A stretch of DNA of 64,000 nucleotides from Marsupella aquatica (lineage: Eukaryota; Plantae; Marchantiophyta), in the NCBI GenBank assembly GCA_973895155.1, contig OZ316893.1, positions 868,860-932,859 of the forward strand, in the 5' to 3' direction. Shown here one piece after another: positions 1-12,878 of the stretch. Each line of letters opens with the position of its first letter. The stretch's first letter is position 1. The translations under genes were made by a program, and so were the position numbers. The notes beneath the pieces were generated by a model. It made no database searches. It was not told the DNA's origin and saw nothing but the letters and a program-made list of their open reading frames with translations.

Positions 1-339
1 TCTAAAACTCTAGAGCCTGCATTCTTCTCTCTAAAGAACCCAAGATTACAACGAGAAAAATACCAAGTTCATTAAGGAATGACATACCAGAACATTGTAT
101 TAGCAACCCTTTAAAGAAATGCATTTTGGCGAGAGGCATAATAGTTTTCTCCTACGTCACACTTCTCATTATGACAGCTGTCTAGATGGGCACTGCTGGA
201 ACAGGCCTAATGACAATTGCACATTATGACCCCCCACATGTAGCTCTCTACTGTAGTTGGGCACTGTTGGAATAAGGCCATGGATCATTGCACATCAAAA
301 ACCAGGAGCATTCAGTGTACTCTGCTGCATGGCGAGCAT

Positions 340-1065
340 CCCAAGGTTGAATGAATTTCCTATACCATGAGTTCATGATGAACCCTACAATTCTTTGATA
401 TCACTCTGTTGTTATTACTCTACATATCCAGCTGGAGAATTTTGATGTGTAATTACTAGGATGCTTAGAATAGCGGTTCCTATACTGCTATATGACAAGA
501 ATCCCCAGGGTTGAATGGACTTCCTATACCATGATGAACCCAATTGTGCTTTGATAACACAGTATTGTTGCTTTACATATCCCCGTTTGCAGCATTTTGA
601 TGCGCAATTAGCGGGATGCCTGGAATAAGGGTTCCTATGCTCAGATGAGCTCAATTATTCTGAATAAGGGTTCCTATACCATGATGAACCTAATTATTCT
701 TTGATATCAGTAGGGCGTCTCAACCCTATAGCTTTGCGGGCTCCTTCCGGTCACCTGGATGCCTTGGGTCGCTTCCCGAAATGAACACCGGGACCCAAAA
801 TCGGGTGCTCCAAAAACGAAGGTTGAACCTTGACTCGAACCTAATTTAAGTCAGTCTGTGACAGACAGAATGTAAGTCCGGATCATAAAAAAAAATCAGT
901 AAGAAATTTGAGGGAGTGAACTCGGCAGGCCACCTGATTTGGACGACCCGGGTCACGGAAGTACCGGGTGTCCATTGGGAATGTGAGACGCCCTAGTGTT
1001 CTTTCTCTACCTGTTCCGCCCCAGCATTTTGATCTGCAATTACTACAGGGACGCCTGGAATAGCC
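340..1065. repeat. Degenerate tandem repeat of roughly 155-160 bp units (about 3 copies); third copy interrupted by a MITE
   Basis: Motif TTCCTATACCATGA..TGAACC...CTTTGATA recurs near 357, 521 and 671; CAGCATTTTGAT..GCAATTA...GCCTGGAATA recurs near 590 and 1022. Confidence 0.75.
713..993. mobile_element. Non-autonomous DNA transposon (MITE), TIR GGGCGTCTCA, TA target-site duplication
   Basis: TA|GGGCGTCTCA at 711-722 and TGAGACGCCC|TA at 984-995. Removing the element and one TA restores CAGTAGTGTT, matching the neighbouring repeat copy (CAGTATTGTT). Confidence 0.8.
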
Positions 1066-3893
1066 AGCAAAGGAAGGAAGCGGCACCACCCAGTAAACCA
1101 TTATTCAGTCCGCATGCCGTGCACAGAAGAACCAGTGTAAAGGCGAGAAGTTCTTTCTTTAGTCAGCTTCCAATCAGGAAGGGGAAAAGAACCAATTTAG
1201 GAAAACGTCCCCAAACACAGGACTGTACACTGCATAATGTGAATAAAGACAAAGAAAAGGTGACGACGACGAGAAAAAGGAGATGGGGGGATGAGAAAAG
1301 GCAAGCACTCGATGAAAAGCGGAAACAAAGGGGAAAAAGGGAGAAAAGGCAATCACTCGATCACGCTGCGAGAGCTAATCAGTCGCATGCAGGAGGAAGG
1401 GGAATATAATTGCATCACACAACAGACAAGGCAATCCGCATTCGATCCGTCGAGCTGCGTGCGGCAGGGAGCCAATGATGAGAACGCAGGGGAGCCCCCA
1501 CTGAGGAAGCAGGGGCACTGTACACCCAGCGTTGGATCCTCCGCATAACAACCTTATCCGAAAGATCTGGCCCCGGACGACATTACCCATACGGGCTGTT
1601 GTTGTTAGAGTTAGACCATACCCTGGCAATACGGTGCAGTACCGCCCGAGCTGTAGAGTAATAAGTCGTGGAGAATTATAAGTGAAAACATTGGCCGACT
1701 GAGAGCTCAACCTTGTACGACACTGGAGGAAGCTACAGTCGGTTCCCTATGGCTGCCCAATTAATAGTATGAAGTAACGCAATTATTTTTTCGGGGGCAG
1801 AGTCACGTCACTCTACCAACCGAACACATTCAATCATGAATTCCTCCGAAAACCTGCGCCGGACAGCTTTCTGGAGTTGGGAACCCTGAAGCGATTGAGC
1901 CGGGCCGATGGGTGAGACGATGGAACTACTCCTAATCATTGCGCCTTTCTGGTATATTAGAAACAGGGTTGGTGATTGAGGCGGTCCGATGAGGAAATTA
2001 ATGGAACGACTCCTTATCATTGCCATTACAGTTATAGACACAGGGTCTGGATTGAAGGTCAACCCAGCCGGCCTTCGGTGACATGAGCTCTAAAAAGTTC
2101 GATAGTTATGGTTTTGCCCGGATCTGGTGAAATGAAGAAATTTTAGAAGATAGACTCTATTCTTCCGGAGCTCTGTTAACAATCAGTATCAGATCAGATG
2201 AATCCAATGGCTTTCAAAGGTCGACAACACATTCTCCCTGTTTGGGAGGACCTTCGTGGTGTAGTTGATAACCGCAACGGCACTCTCTGGAAGTCGGGGA
2301 CGAGGAGAAAACACCGGCGAATGGGCACTTAGCTTGGCGACGACACCGTCCAGAGCATATCGGCCCAGAATTGTGATCCATGACCTGTAGCCAAATTTGG
2401 AGGTTTGAGTAAGGCTTCAAGATGCAAGAGTATCGACGAACGAGATCGATGCATATCAATCGGTTGTCACTATCGTAAGTTCACGTCGACTTTAATGCTA
2501 AGTGTAGCGAGAAGGTCGATAGATCGAAGCTGTTCACCAGACATCAGCCCAAAGAAGTTCCCGACCTGGTATCGAAGCGCAACACACACGAATCACTGAG
2601 CACACTTGACAAAAAAAAGCCAATCTCAACAAATGCCCGAGGATCTCAAACCCATAAAGCGGTGCTTTACGATATCAGATTGGTCACAAGACTTCGCTAA
2701 GAAGTAACAACACTGTCCACAGGCCACTGCGCAGCATTTGAATTCAAAGGCTCAGTTTTACGCCCAGCGCCCCGCAATTTCTGGATATCAGGTAGTAACC
2801 CGTACAGAAGAGCCAGAACAGCCGTCGCGGTTTGACTTCTGACACTTCGAATCACATTGTCACAATTAGATTGCCACAGGACGGGCCATGTGTAACGAGA
2901 GCTTGTAAATACAGATTGCCACACATAATGACCGAAAACCAACATAAAAGAGGCTGGCCGGTGTACACATATAACACCGCAAACCATGAGTAGATTGTCT
3001 GCAATTTTTCAAACAATCCATTTCCTCAACTCCCTAAGCAAAACTCTATTTACAATTGTTTAGAGAGCAAAAACGTCGGGCCGGAAAATGAATGGAAAGA
3101 CTGTTTTGGAGCTGTCAACTGTGCAACACAGAGGACTATACAACCCTCACGATGAAAGACCAGCAACTGTGGGCCTACCTAATGAAACTTCACCGCAAGT
3201 CAAGTACTTCCTCCGACCCGCCGTCAGTGGTCAACCTGACGGCTCAATCGTCGCTCATGCTTACAAATGTAACGAGGTAAGGACAACTTTCCATTACGGG
3301 TGAACTCACCCGTGGAAACGAGTTTACTGGAATTTCCTAGAATCGCCAAATACCAGCTGTTTTCCAAGCTCCCCAACCTGGAAACGCTAACCTTTTCCCT
3401 TTACTCTAGGCGGCAAGGGGATGTTTTTCTACATATTTCCGCTGAAAGACCTATCTTGCGCTCCTACCAAATTTACAATTGCTGGTTTCCTGGTGCGGTC
3501 AGCATCTGCTGCTGCATCTGCATCTTCAGAAAACAAGAGGGAACAAGAGTTAATCACCAGCGCAAAAAATTGTGGAGAAGAGCCTGGTCACCTCAAATTT
3601 CACCGAAATACAAAAAGGAGATGACCACTCATCGACAGACTCTAATTCTACTCTCACAAGTATTCAGATCTCGCGCAGCAAGCATACCTGATAACTGCTC
3701 GGCGCCATCATCTTCAAACGCACAAAAGTAAGCGCAAATTAATAAAACAGCGGACAAATGTGCTGAACCTCAACAAGCTATAATGGTCCTAAACTAATGT
3801 CAAGCCACCAAGACAGACACTGCATTAGAACACTTGCTAGGTCTTCATAAAATAAACAGAAGCCTCATCAGGTATATCAGGCGTGATTAATCA

Positions 3894-5036
3894 TCACAAC
3901 TGCAACCAGATGGAAGAAAGACAAAAATTAGGCACCCATCAAGGAAATCAATATTCCCAATAGGATATGGTAACTGGGTTACGGGACTGGGGTAGATACC
4001 TGAGGTTGCATATAGCCCATCTGAGCACCGTATACAGAACCCTGGCCCATCTGTAGACATCCATATAATCGTTATCAACAGCTATCTCGTGACTGGTGGA
4101 GCCCAATGACAATTAGAGCTTTGTCCAACGGCCTTCATGACAAATAGGGCGTCGAGGCAAAATTTTAGTTACCTGCTGGACACCTGGAGACATGGGAGGA
4201 CCTCCTCCTTCTTTCTTCCCAGAGTTCGCGTCCCCCGGTTTGTTCATTGCCGAGCCCTTGTCTCCCTGAAATACACACAACAGACGCAGCTTTACAAACA
4301 AGCATCCGCTGACATTCCAATCAAAGAGAAACCATTGCTGATATACAGCACAGGGTAAAGCGGAAGGCGGAAGAGAAGAAAAGTCTTGGCGAAATGATCA
4401 TGGCAGAAGACTTCATGGGTACAATAGCGGCAGGAAGTCTTCACCTCAGTCTCTCTGTATTTATGTAAGTAGACCTTCAGCGGCTCCACGTAATCTTCAA
4501 ACCCTAAAGTGCTCATGGCCCACAGTAGGTCATCTCCGTTGATGGTCTTACGCTTCTCTCGTTGGCATTTGTCGCTCGCTCTATAGAGCGGTCAAGGACA
4601 CTCAACGACGCAGAGGGTGCAGAAAAACATCAATCAAACTTGAGCACATTGGCGCAGTCCTCTTTCCTAGAAACTGATTGACTACAATCACAGAAAGCAA
4701 AACGGGACGTACCATCGAGACACTTCAACAGGAAATAATTGGACTACGGCGGCCATCCTTCTCAGGACGAGCGCGAACATACAACACTGCAAAAGGATAC
4801 TCGCTGGTTATGAAACTGATGAACTCGGAAACACACTCTTGCACCGTCTCCTTGGCATCTTTTGCAATCTTGGCGTTAGCCGGGAGCGCTTTCTTCATTA
4901 TCCGGCTGATGTTGGCGATGGGCAGAAATCGGTCTTGCTCGCGCACATTCGAATTGTCTCGGTCGCCCCCGCCCTGATTGCCGTACTCATCCGAGTGCGA
5001 GTTATCCGGACTCTGAGGACTCGACGCTTCAGCCAT
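3894..5036 (-). CDS. NF-YB: Nuclear transcription factor Y subunit B (HAP3/CBF-A), non-LEC1 type
   Basis: Exons 5036-4801, 4580-4445, 4265-4173, 4050-4000 and a tentative terminal exon 3899-3894; GT-AG introns, frame conserved. Histone-fold core [86 protein letters not shown]. The last exon is uncertain. Confidence 0.95.
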
Positions 5037-5160
5037 TGCGAGAGAGCACCCACAAACTGCAGGACAACCTCACAGCAAGCAGCAGAGCAGCGAAGGAAAA
5101 AAGAAAACGGCAGTTTTCCCCTGCGGACGGACGCAATCAGAGAAAAAAAGGAAAGCCGCG

Positions 5161-5170
5161 ATGATTGGCA
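5161..5170 (-). promoter_or_regulatory. CCAAT box (TGCCAATCAT) upstream of NF-YB
   Basis: Plus-strand ATGATTGGCA at 5161-5170, about 130 nt upstream of the NF-YB ATG. Sequence match only. Confidence 0.3.
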
Positions 5171-7859
5171 GTCACAGATGTCACACACAACAAATCGCAA
5201 ATAACTGCAAAATCGGTCCGTCCCTGCCTGCTCCTTTCCTCGTCCTCCAGTCCTGCTGCCTGTCTCCCTCTGTCTGCTAGAGGACTGGCTGATTTACACT
5301 GCTACTGCTGCTTGCTGCTGTGCCCCGATTGCTGCGTCTCCTCCCTCCCTTCCTCTCTCGCTCCTCCGCCTCTTCTTCCGTCCTCCCCTTTTACTTTCGG
5401 CACTTTCGGCAGACCAACTCGAATCTGGAGTCAAGGTGATCCTCCTCCCGTTTCCTCCTCCTGCTGCTGATGTTGCCCAAGTGCCCGTGTGCGGCTTGCG
5501 ATTTGCTTCCAGCAACCCGAGCGCCTGCCTTCATATCCCCACCGTTCATGCCTCGCCTCGCCTCGCCCAACCTTGGGCTGGCCATCCCGCCCGTCGTCCC
5601 TCAAAGCCCGGCCCACGCTCCTATCCGCTTTAATTTAATTTTAGCCTCCCCGGCCTGGCAATAATCGGATGGGTCCACGCCCCAAGGGGGACAATCCTAT
5701 TCTCATTACATTCGGACGTATATAGATATTTGGACGACTCTTCCATAGGGTTAAAGATTTCGCAGACAATAAATATAATGTACTAGCTCTATACTTGAAC
5801 CGTGATATGATTGTCTGTGGGGTCACGTTGTGGTTGAACTACTGTGTGTATGTATAAAGGGGATTTGTCAAAAAAATCTCCATTTTTTCACATTCCCCTC
5901 ACTTCTTTCCTCTAAGGTGCCAGTTTGTTCCACTATTTTGTGAACAATTACTGTTAGGGTGAATTTTGGATGGGTTAACCCGGAGCTTTTGAAGGGGCAG
6001 CTGGTTTGATGCAAAAATGCCTGTCCTTTGCACAGAAATCTTGTGGAGCGAGGCAAAGAAATACAAGTGAGACAAACAAATGTTATTATTTTGTCCTTGT
6101 AATCCTGTCATGTTTGTGGAACTATCATTGTTTTGGTTGCATTGTTATTGTTACCACAACATTCCCATTTTGGTTTACGGTGTTCTTGCCAAAGTAATGT
6201 TGTAGGGAGTGGTTCTGCGGTGCTACATGCAGGGTGTAAAATTTTTCTTGTCTCATAACCCTTTTTTCTTTTTTCTCTCCCCGCACCTTCCAGCATATCT
6301 TTAAGGTTTTTCCATTTTTCAGTGTGGTGGAGAAGTGCCTCTGGGAGAAGATGCTTGGAATAATCTTTATCTAATTTTCCTGGATTATTTTCTAGTATTA
6401 GGTCACCCCAATTTTGAAGGATGACAGTTAGATTCTGGCTAATGGGGCCAGTCGCTAGGTTGGAAAATGGCTAATGGGAGAGAACCCCTGATATTGTTTT
6501 GCTGAAAGCGGCAAACACGTGTTGGAGAGGTGGAACCAAGCAAATTTTTACCAATTAAAAAATCCTAGCACCCTCCCTTTCTTGGCTCCGGCTCCCTCCC
6601 TCCACTTCTTCTTCCCTTAAGCACCATTAAAAAAATAGAAGAAATAGACAAGGACTAAACAAACAAACTTAACCATAAAGGGAATATTACTCTAGCAAAA
6701 AGCCAAAAATCTCTCATGCCAATGTACTTCCATTGTACTTGGCACATGGCACAAAGTAGCATAATTACAGAATAGCACATGGACCTGGTGCCCCAATGTA
6801 GAAACAGGGATATCCCATTGGGCACCCATTTTTGTCAATCCAAGAATGCCTTTTAACTCTAGAAAACAAGCATGAATGTCCCGAGGCAGCCATTTTAGGC
6901 AATCTAAATGTGAAAAAAAAACCTGGAAAACAACTGAATGCACAATCTTGTTCCCTCCTTTCTCAAGTTTGTAAGCAACAATGAGTGGGATATTTGGTGG
7001 AATCCCTTGTTATAGTGGATGATGACATTATTATAGAAATCATGAGACTCGGAACATTAGGTGATTGGATGGTGAGTACAATATTTAGCATTGATTGAAA
7101 TAGTGAATGTAGCAGTGCACTATAAAATGGGATTTTGACTGAAAATTAGTATGGATCATGCCAATTGTCTTACATGAGTTTGGTCACTGTAATTATGGTG
7201 AATCTATTTTGAGGAGTGTTTCAAATGAGAGAGTAAACAACACCTCCAGTTTAGAGAGATATGCTTGATAGATCCTCCCGGAGACCCCCTTCTGGAAAAA
7301 GGTTGCTTGATCAGCCCCCTCCAAATGTTTTTGCCCCAATTGACCCCCTCTTAATGATCCGCATGCTTTGTTCTTCTATAACTCTATAAGGAAAAACTGC
7401 ACAGTTTAGGGTCCATGCCTTACCATTTCATGACATATAGTTATCTCCGAGGTATTCTATGTTGCGAGCAAACAGGAGATTTTGATAGTAAGGAGATTTT
7501 GATAGCGAGACAATAATGGTTCCAAATTTCAGTTGCTTTTTGGTGTCTTTTTACATTTTTTTGTGTTTTTTTGAAGAGTCCAGATGGCTCGCGAGCTTGC
7601 TAGCCAAAAGGGAGTCCCCAAAAGGGATGTTACCAACCAGGTAGTTGATAGCGAGGCAGTTGCATATAGAAAATAGGGGTCATGCAGGAAATGTTTTTGC
7701 TCGTGTGAGGAAATTTTTTATTGTTTGCTCGCACGTTACAATTACCCGTTGTCTCCTGTACTTGACCATGTTACAATTACCCGTTGTCTCCTGTACTTGA
7801 CCATGATCCACATGCCCTGGGGCAGTAGTTTCTTGTTTTCGCACTAATACAGCTCCCTA

Positions 7860-10260
7860 GGAATTGTCTTCAGATCTTCAAATTGTTTTCTGTTTTAGGG
7901 CTCAAGAACATCTTGTGCGGTTTATGAGGAGGGCGATGATTGGGGCAAAAGGCTACGATCCGAAGAAGCCAAACATGATGTTCTCGGATGGGAACTCCGT
8001 TAGGACGGATCCAGGTAGAATAAACATCAGGCCATGGGTGATCTGGATCAGGGAAAGGTAATGGTAGAATCACATGAGAACAATGGTAGACCCAATTCCA
8101 TACGTCAAAAGCATCATTAGTTTAAAGTTGTCACCAATAGAAACATAGGTAGGAAGAAAAGGTATATGTCTGCACTAATGGTATGAAAGGGTATGTCCAA
8201 AGAGGCATTGATGACTTTGTGAAAGCTCACTTGACTAGAGACTGATAAGTCTTGGATTCAATTGTTGTGGCTGACACTTCCCAACTATTGTGGCCGACTC
8301 TTCCCTTTATGTGAGGTACTTCCCAACTATTGTGACTGACTCTTCCATTTTTGTGAGGTTTCAAAGATTTCTCCTTTAAAAAAATTAATTTTTAAAATGG
8401 TATGAAAGGGAAGCGGTGGTACAAGAGCACGAAAGTCAAGCATTTCTTTGAAAATGGAAATCTCATTCTATGGGGGACCATCAAGAGACATTGGTCATAG
8501 GTGCATGAGTTTGAAGAGGTTGGATGACAACAATCTCAGGCAGTTCTTTCATACCTATGTTTGTAGTTGGGTGAATAGGAATGGGCGATGGAGGTAGCTC
8601 AGTATCGTGCTAGGGTAGTGCCAGAATCTCAGGAATAGTAGTAGAAACATCAATGGGAGATTCATAACTTGGATCCTTGGGCAAATCTCGGGGGGTTAAC
8701 TTAGTGTATATTTTGGGGTACCACGTGCGATCCTAGCCTAATATAAACACACCTATTTTATAATGGGAATATTCTAAAAAAATTCTCTATTTTCAATATT
8801 AATGACCTATTTTACTTTATAAAAGGTATATATTAGAGAATATTCTATAAATATTGGTCTATAATACCTTCTTTTGCTTCCTACGCTTTTTAAAAATTTA
8901 GCTAATTTCTATGAAAAATACCTATTTTGGATTGCACGTGGTTCCTAAAATTTTTGATAGTCAACCCCCCAAGGGGCAAATCTGACATAGTGCTAGCAGG
9001 TCCTTGATCACTATAAATGTTAATTACAAACACGAATGTAGTAGAATCAGAGACACCTCCTTGTGAGATTGAATCTTCATCAACAACATGCATGTAGGGT
9101 TTTCAATAGGAACAACTGCTACATTCTGGATATCCTCCTCTTGTAGGTAATCCGCAATGCTAGCATCAAGTAGAATATCAATAGGGTCAATCTCAGCATG
9201 AAGGATTACCTTCTCAGCAAGCTCAACAAAGGAATCCAGAGTACTTGCTACCTTGCTAACTTCGGGTGTAAGTTCCACCTCCTCTACAGGGACATCAATT
9301 GAAACTGGAGTTGTCTCCTCCATAGGCAATTTCCCTTCCAAATCTGATAAAAAAATGTCCACAGAAATGTCCATAGGAACATTGGGTGTTGATGTTGCTT
9401 TAGGTATCGTAATAGATTGTTCATAGGGACTAGTCAGCTCATAATATTTATCTGGGCTGTATGGCAAACAATTAGGTACATCAGCTTTGACATTGACATC
9501 AAGAGTGACAAAGACAAATTCTTCAACAACAAAGGAGGATTGATAGGAGCACACGGTGTGGTAGGATTAGATTGAGTCCTTGCATATTCGTGCAAGCGCT
9601 TTACAAGATCAATAAGTTCATTTCTATCACATGATAGATTATCATTGAGTTTACAAACAATCTCATGATTAGGCAGAGGAAAAATTGGATTTGAGGCAGC
9701 AGTGGCTGTCATGGGCGCTATTGCGACTTGAGTATTCTCTCTCCATTGACAAGCCTCTTCTAAAGTCAAGCATTCTGCAATGTGATACATATGAGAAACG
9801 AAATGGAGCAACGTAGGTGTAAGCCAGGCACGTAGATAATTGTTGAGCATATATAATCTTGAATCCTCCCAGGAAGTACCTTGGCACAAGTGACTTTCAA
9901 CAAGCCTTCAAGCAAAGCAATCATTGTAATGGCAATCACAAGAGTAGTACGACAAGGTCTTTCAAAATGCAAAATCGGGTTCAAAATGTCAAACACCCGT
10001 CTCACACTAGGATATGTACAATGATCAATCTTCCATCCTTCCTTTTGTTTCCTCTTTGCTTAATTGAAATATTGATTGGCAGCATTGGAGAAAGGACCAT
10101 TCGGATCACATAAGCCTTCTCCCATTCCTGTGCTCTCCCAAAAACAATTCCAATTTGCCATAACAACACCTCATCTTGTTAGTGTGCACCAGGGGGCTTG
10201 CACACTAAATAATAAAGGGGGTTGGCTAGGACATAAAAAACTTTTGTCTTTGATCGATGT
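7860..10260 (-). mobile_element. Degenerate transposon remnant, possibly retrotransposon gag-like
   Basis: Overlapping frameshifted minus-strand ORFs (9024-9554, 9434-9889, 9766-10005) without splice structure, with a MITE inserted at 8687. No diagnostic RT or integrase motif seen; boundaries approximate. Confidence 0.3.
8687..8973. mobile_element. MITE copy 1, TIR CTCGGGGGGTTRACT, 8-bp TSD GGGCAAAT
   Basis: TSD GGGCAAAT at 8679-8686 and 8974-8981; ends CTCGGGGGGTTAACT...AGTCAACCCCCCAAG; AT-rich interior; near-identical copy at 46381-46668. Confidence 0.95.
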
Positions 10261-11525
10261 CATCAAGACAAACCCACCTTGCAGTTAAATAAGTAACTCA
10301 GCATCCAACCTGCTAAAGTAAATATACCTGTTATGCACACAATTGAGCATACAATAGCTGTTCAAATACCAACAAATAAACAACTTACTCATCTTAGAAA
10401 CAACCCCATGTTCACCTGATGTTAGCAGTGCACCCATGCACCTTGACCTATGCTCCACTAATTTTAGTTGCAACTCCATCTTAGCTAATTTTGAAAGAGG
10501 ACCCATGCTTTACTTATTTCAGTAGTGGACCCATGCTCTGCCAACTTTAGCATTTGGTCTACACTCGGCTAACTTTAGCATGGATTGTGCTTAACTTAGT
10601 TTAGAATTTGGGTCTATGATTAGCTTCAATGGGGTTCTCATTGACTCTACACCGGCTCACTAAGGAGGGAGGACAACACCCTTGACATCAACTATGAGCT
10701 GGTATAGTATTTTCAAAACATGCTGGAATTAATAAGTTTCATTGACAAATTGGGCAATAAGTTCTCGTCTATTTTTGCTTATACCCAGATTTTTGTTCAG
10801 TTTAATGATGGGGCCTGAAAACAGACACCAAAATTAAAGTATTGTCAAACTAATGAAATAATTTAAAATCTTCATTAGTTAGAAATACCATTTAAAAACC
10901 ATATATACCATTTCAAACCATATATTCCAACCATGTATCCTATCATACAGTGTATTTTGTGTCATTATTATTTTCCAAAAAACTAACCTGACAGACTCAC
11001 AGATTTCTAATTTCAAAGTTTGAGAGTTGACCCTAGATTGTTTAAAGAAATGCTTTACAACCACATCTATACACTGGTAAATTTCAGGCCCATCAAGTGA
11101 ATTTGGTGCTACCTAGAAGGTGTTTTACTACCTAATTTATACACTGGTAAATTTTCAGCCCATTCCATTTTGTGGTGCTAAAATCTTGCGATACTCATTC
11201 CTTTTGCCAAAAATCACTACTTGTGACAACTTTCAAAATGCTTTCGGCTGAGATTTCAAAAACCTTCCCCCCAAGGTTTCTGATTTTAGGGCAATTCTAG
11301 GAGAAGAATGTACATTCAAGATTTGGATAACTCATTATGAAATTCTCCTCTACTTCTACTAAAGTTAGTTAAAATAAAAATCTTGTAAGCAACGTGTATT
11401 AAAATCCTGTTTCCTGCGTTATAGGCAATAATAGGCTCTCACAACTTGAGATGAAGCTCTTGTTTGTAGGGGCATAAGATCCCAGAATGCCCTGTAAACA
11501 TGGTTGGTGTAAAGAGGAGTTACTA

Positions 11526-12878
11526 GGGCATCTCAAAGCTAGGATGTGGCTGAAAGTTATGTATTTATGGTAACTCTAGTTATGTGATTCAGTTAAGAAA
11601 TTTAAAAAATGGGATGAGTTATGGCCTCACCTCAGTCTCCATTTTCATTCAATCATTCCCTATCAGCCCTCACCTCAAATGCAATAGTCATCACCACGTC
11701 AGGGGCAAAGCCCACGTGGTTTTAATTGTAATTTTCTAGATTCCTGGATTTTTGGATTTGTACCTAAAGTTATGGGAAAGTTTTGAAGGTTTATTGGGTT
11801 TAGGGTCCATATTGGATCTTCTCCAGAATAGAGCATCCATTCTCTCAAAATTTGGGCACACATTTTTGATTTTCTCTTCCCATGTCATGCCTGCACTAAT
11901 CGAGTTCAGACAATCCTCCGCCTGATTGGCCAAGCCTTCTTGTATGGATCATGGTAGTGTTCCCATTTGTTTTCATCGCATCTCGATTTAGGTCCGATAG
12001 GTCTTTCCAACCCATGCCTCCTAGAGTGACAGCCATGTTCCTGAATGCACTTATCTTAGAAATGAGTTTGCCACCTATCCGCACCTTCTGACCAGTTCTG
12101 TAGAGAACTTGGAAGTTCTCTTTGTTTTTCATGTAATCATGCATTTGCTCATATCCATGAGAAGAGATTCTAAACCTTTTTGCATTTTTTGGGTAGGGGT
12201 ATGCATGAACTCCGGCAGAGCATTTTTCCCATGAACCCTGATGTCATGAAGTTCAACATGAATCGGACTCTCCATCTGAAGAAGGGAATTCATATACATT
12301 TGGATTCTCCCGCAAGAACCAGAACTACAATTTGCAAGAGTGGTGGGGATTAGAACTGTCGATGTAAGGGAATTCAGCTGTCGACAACCACGACGCCCGC
12401 AAGCCGTGGAGGAGGAGCAAGCATAATCATGCATCTGCAAGCCGTGTCTGACTTTGTCACCATCCATAAGACACATATTCTACCCCATAATATGTTTTTA
12501 TGGGATGTGTCAAAATATGTATCCCCTGTCTGTAAAAGTGTCCGTATCTTGTTTTATGATTCATTTTATTACGGACACAGATCAGGGCTTATGGCAGCGT
12601 TTTGACACGCCCTAATAGGGCATGTCAAAATCATGCCATAAAGGTAGTACCGTCAAGGACATAACTCCTTATGGGCTACACAAATACATGTAAGAATCTT
12701 ATATCCCAACCGTTTTCAACCATAAGATTTCTAATGACTGAACTTTGACACGCCCTACTAGTTAAGTGTTGCCCTTGGCTTTCCTTATGGCAGCCAAAGA
12801 TCAAGTCCCATAACTTTTATGGGAGGTCTCACAACTTAGAGTTTTGGGAAGGCATTATGGCCGAGTGTTGAGATGCCT
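11526..12878 (-). mobile_element. Deleted DNA transposon with GGGCATCTCAA termini carrying a degenerate Myb/SANT-like (PIF/Harbinger ORF1-like) coding remnant
   Basis: TA|GGGCATCTCAA at 11524-11536 and TTGAGATGCCT at 12868-12878. Frameshifted ORFs KENFQVLYRTGQKVRIGGKLISKISAFRNMA and EEKIKNVCPNFERMDALFWRRSNMDP resemble transposon DNA-binding ORFs. Related TTTGACACGCCCTA ends near 12601 and 12744. Confidence 0.55.
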
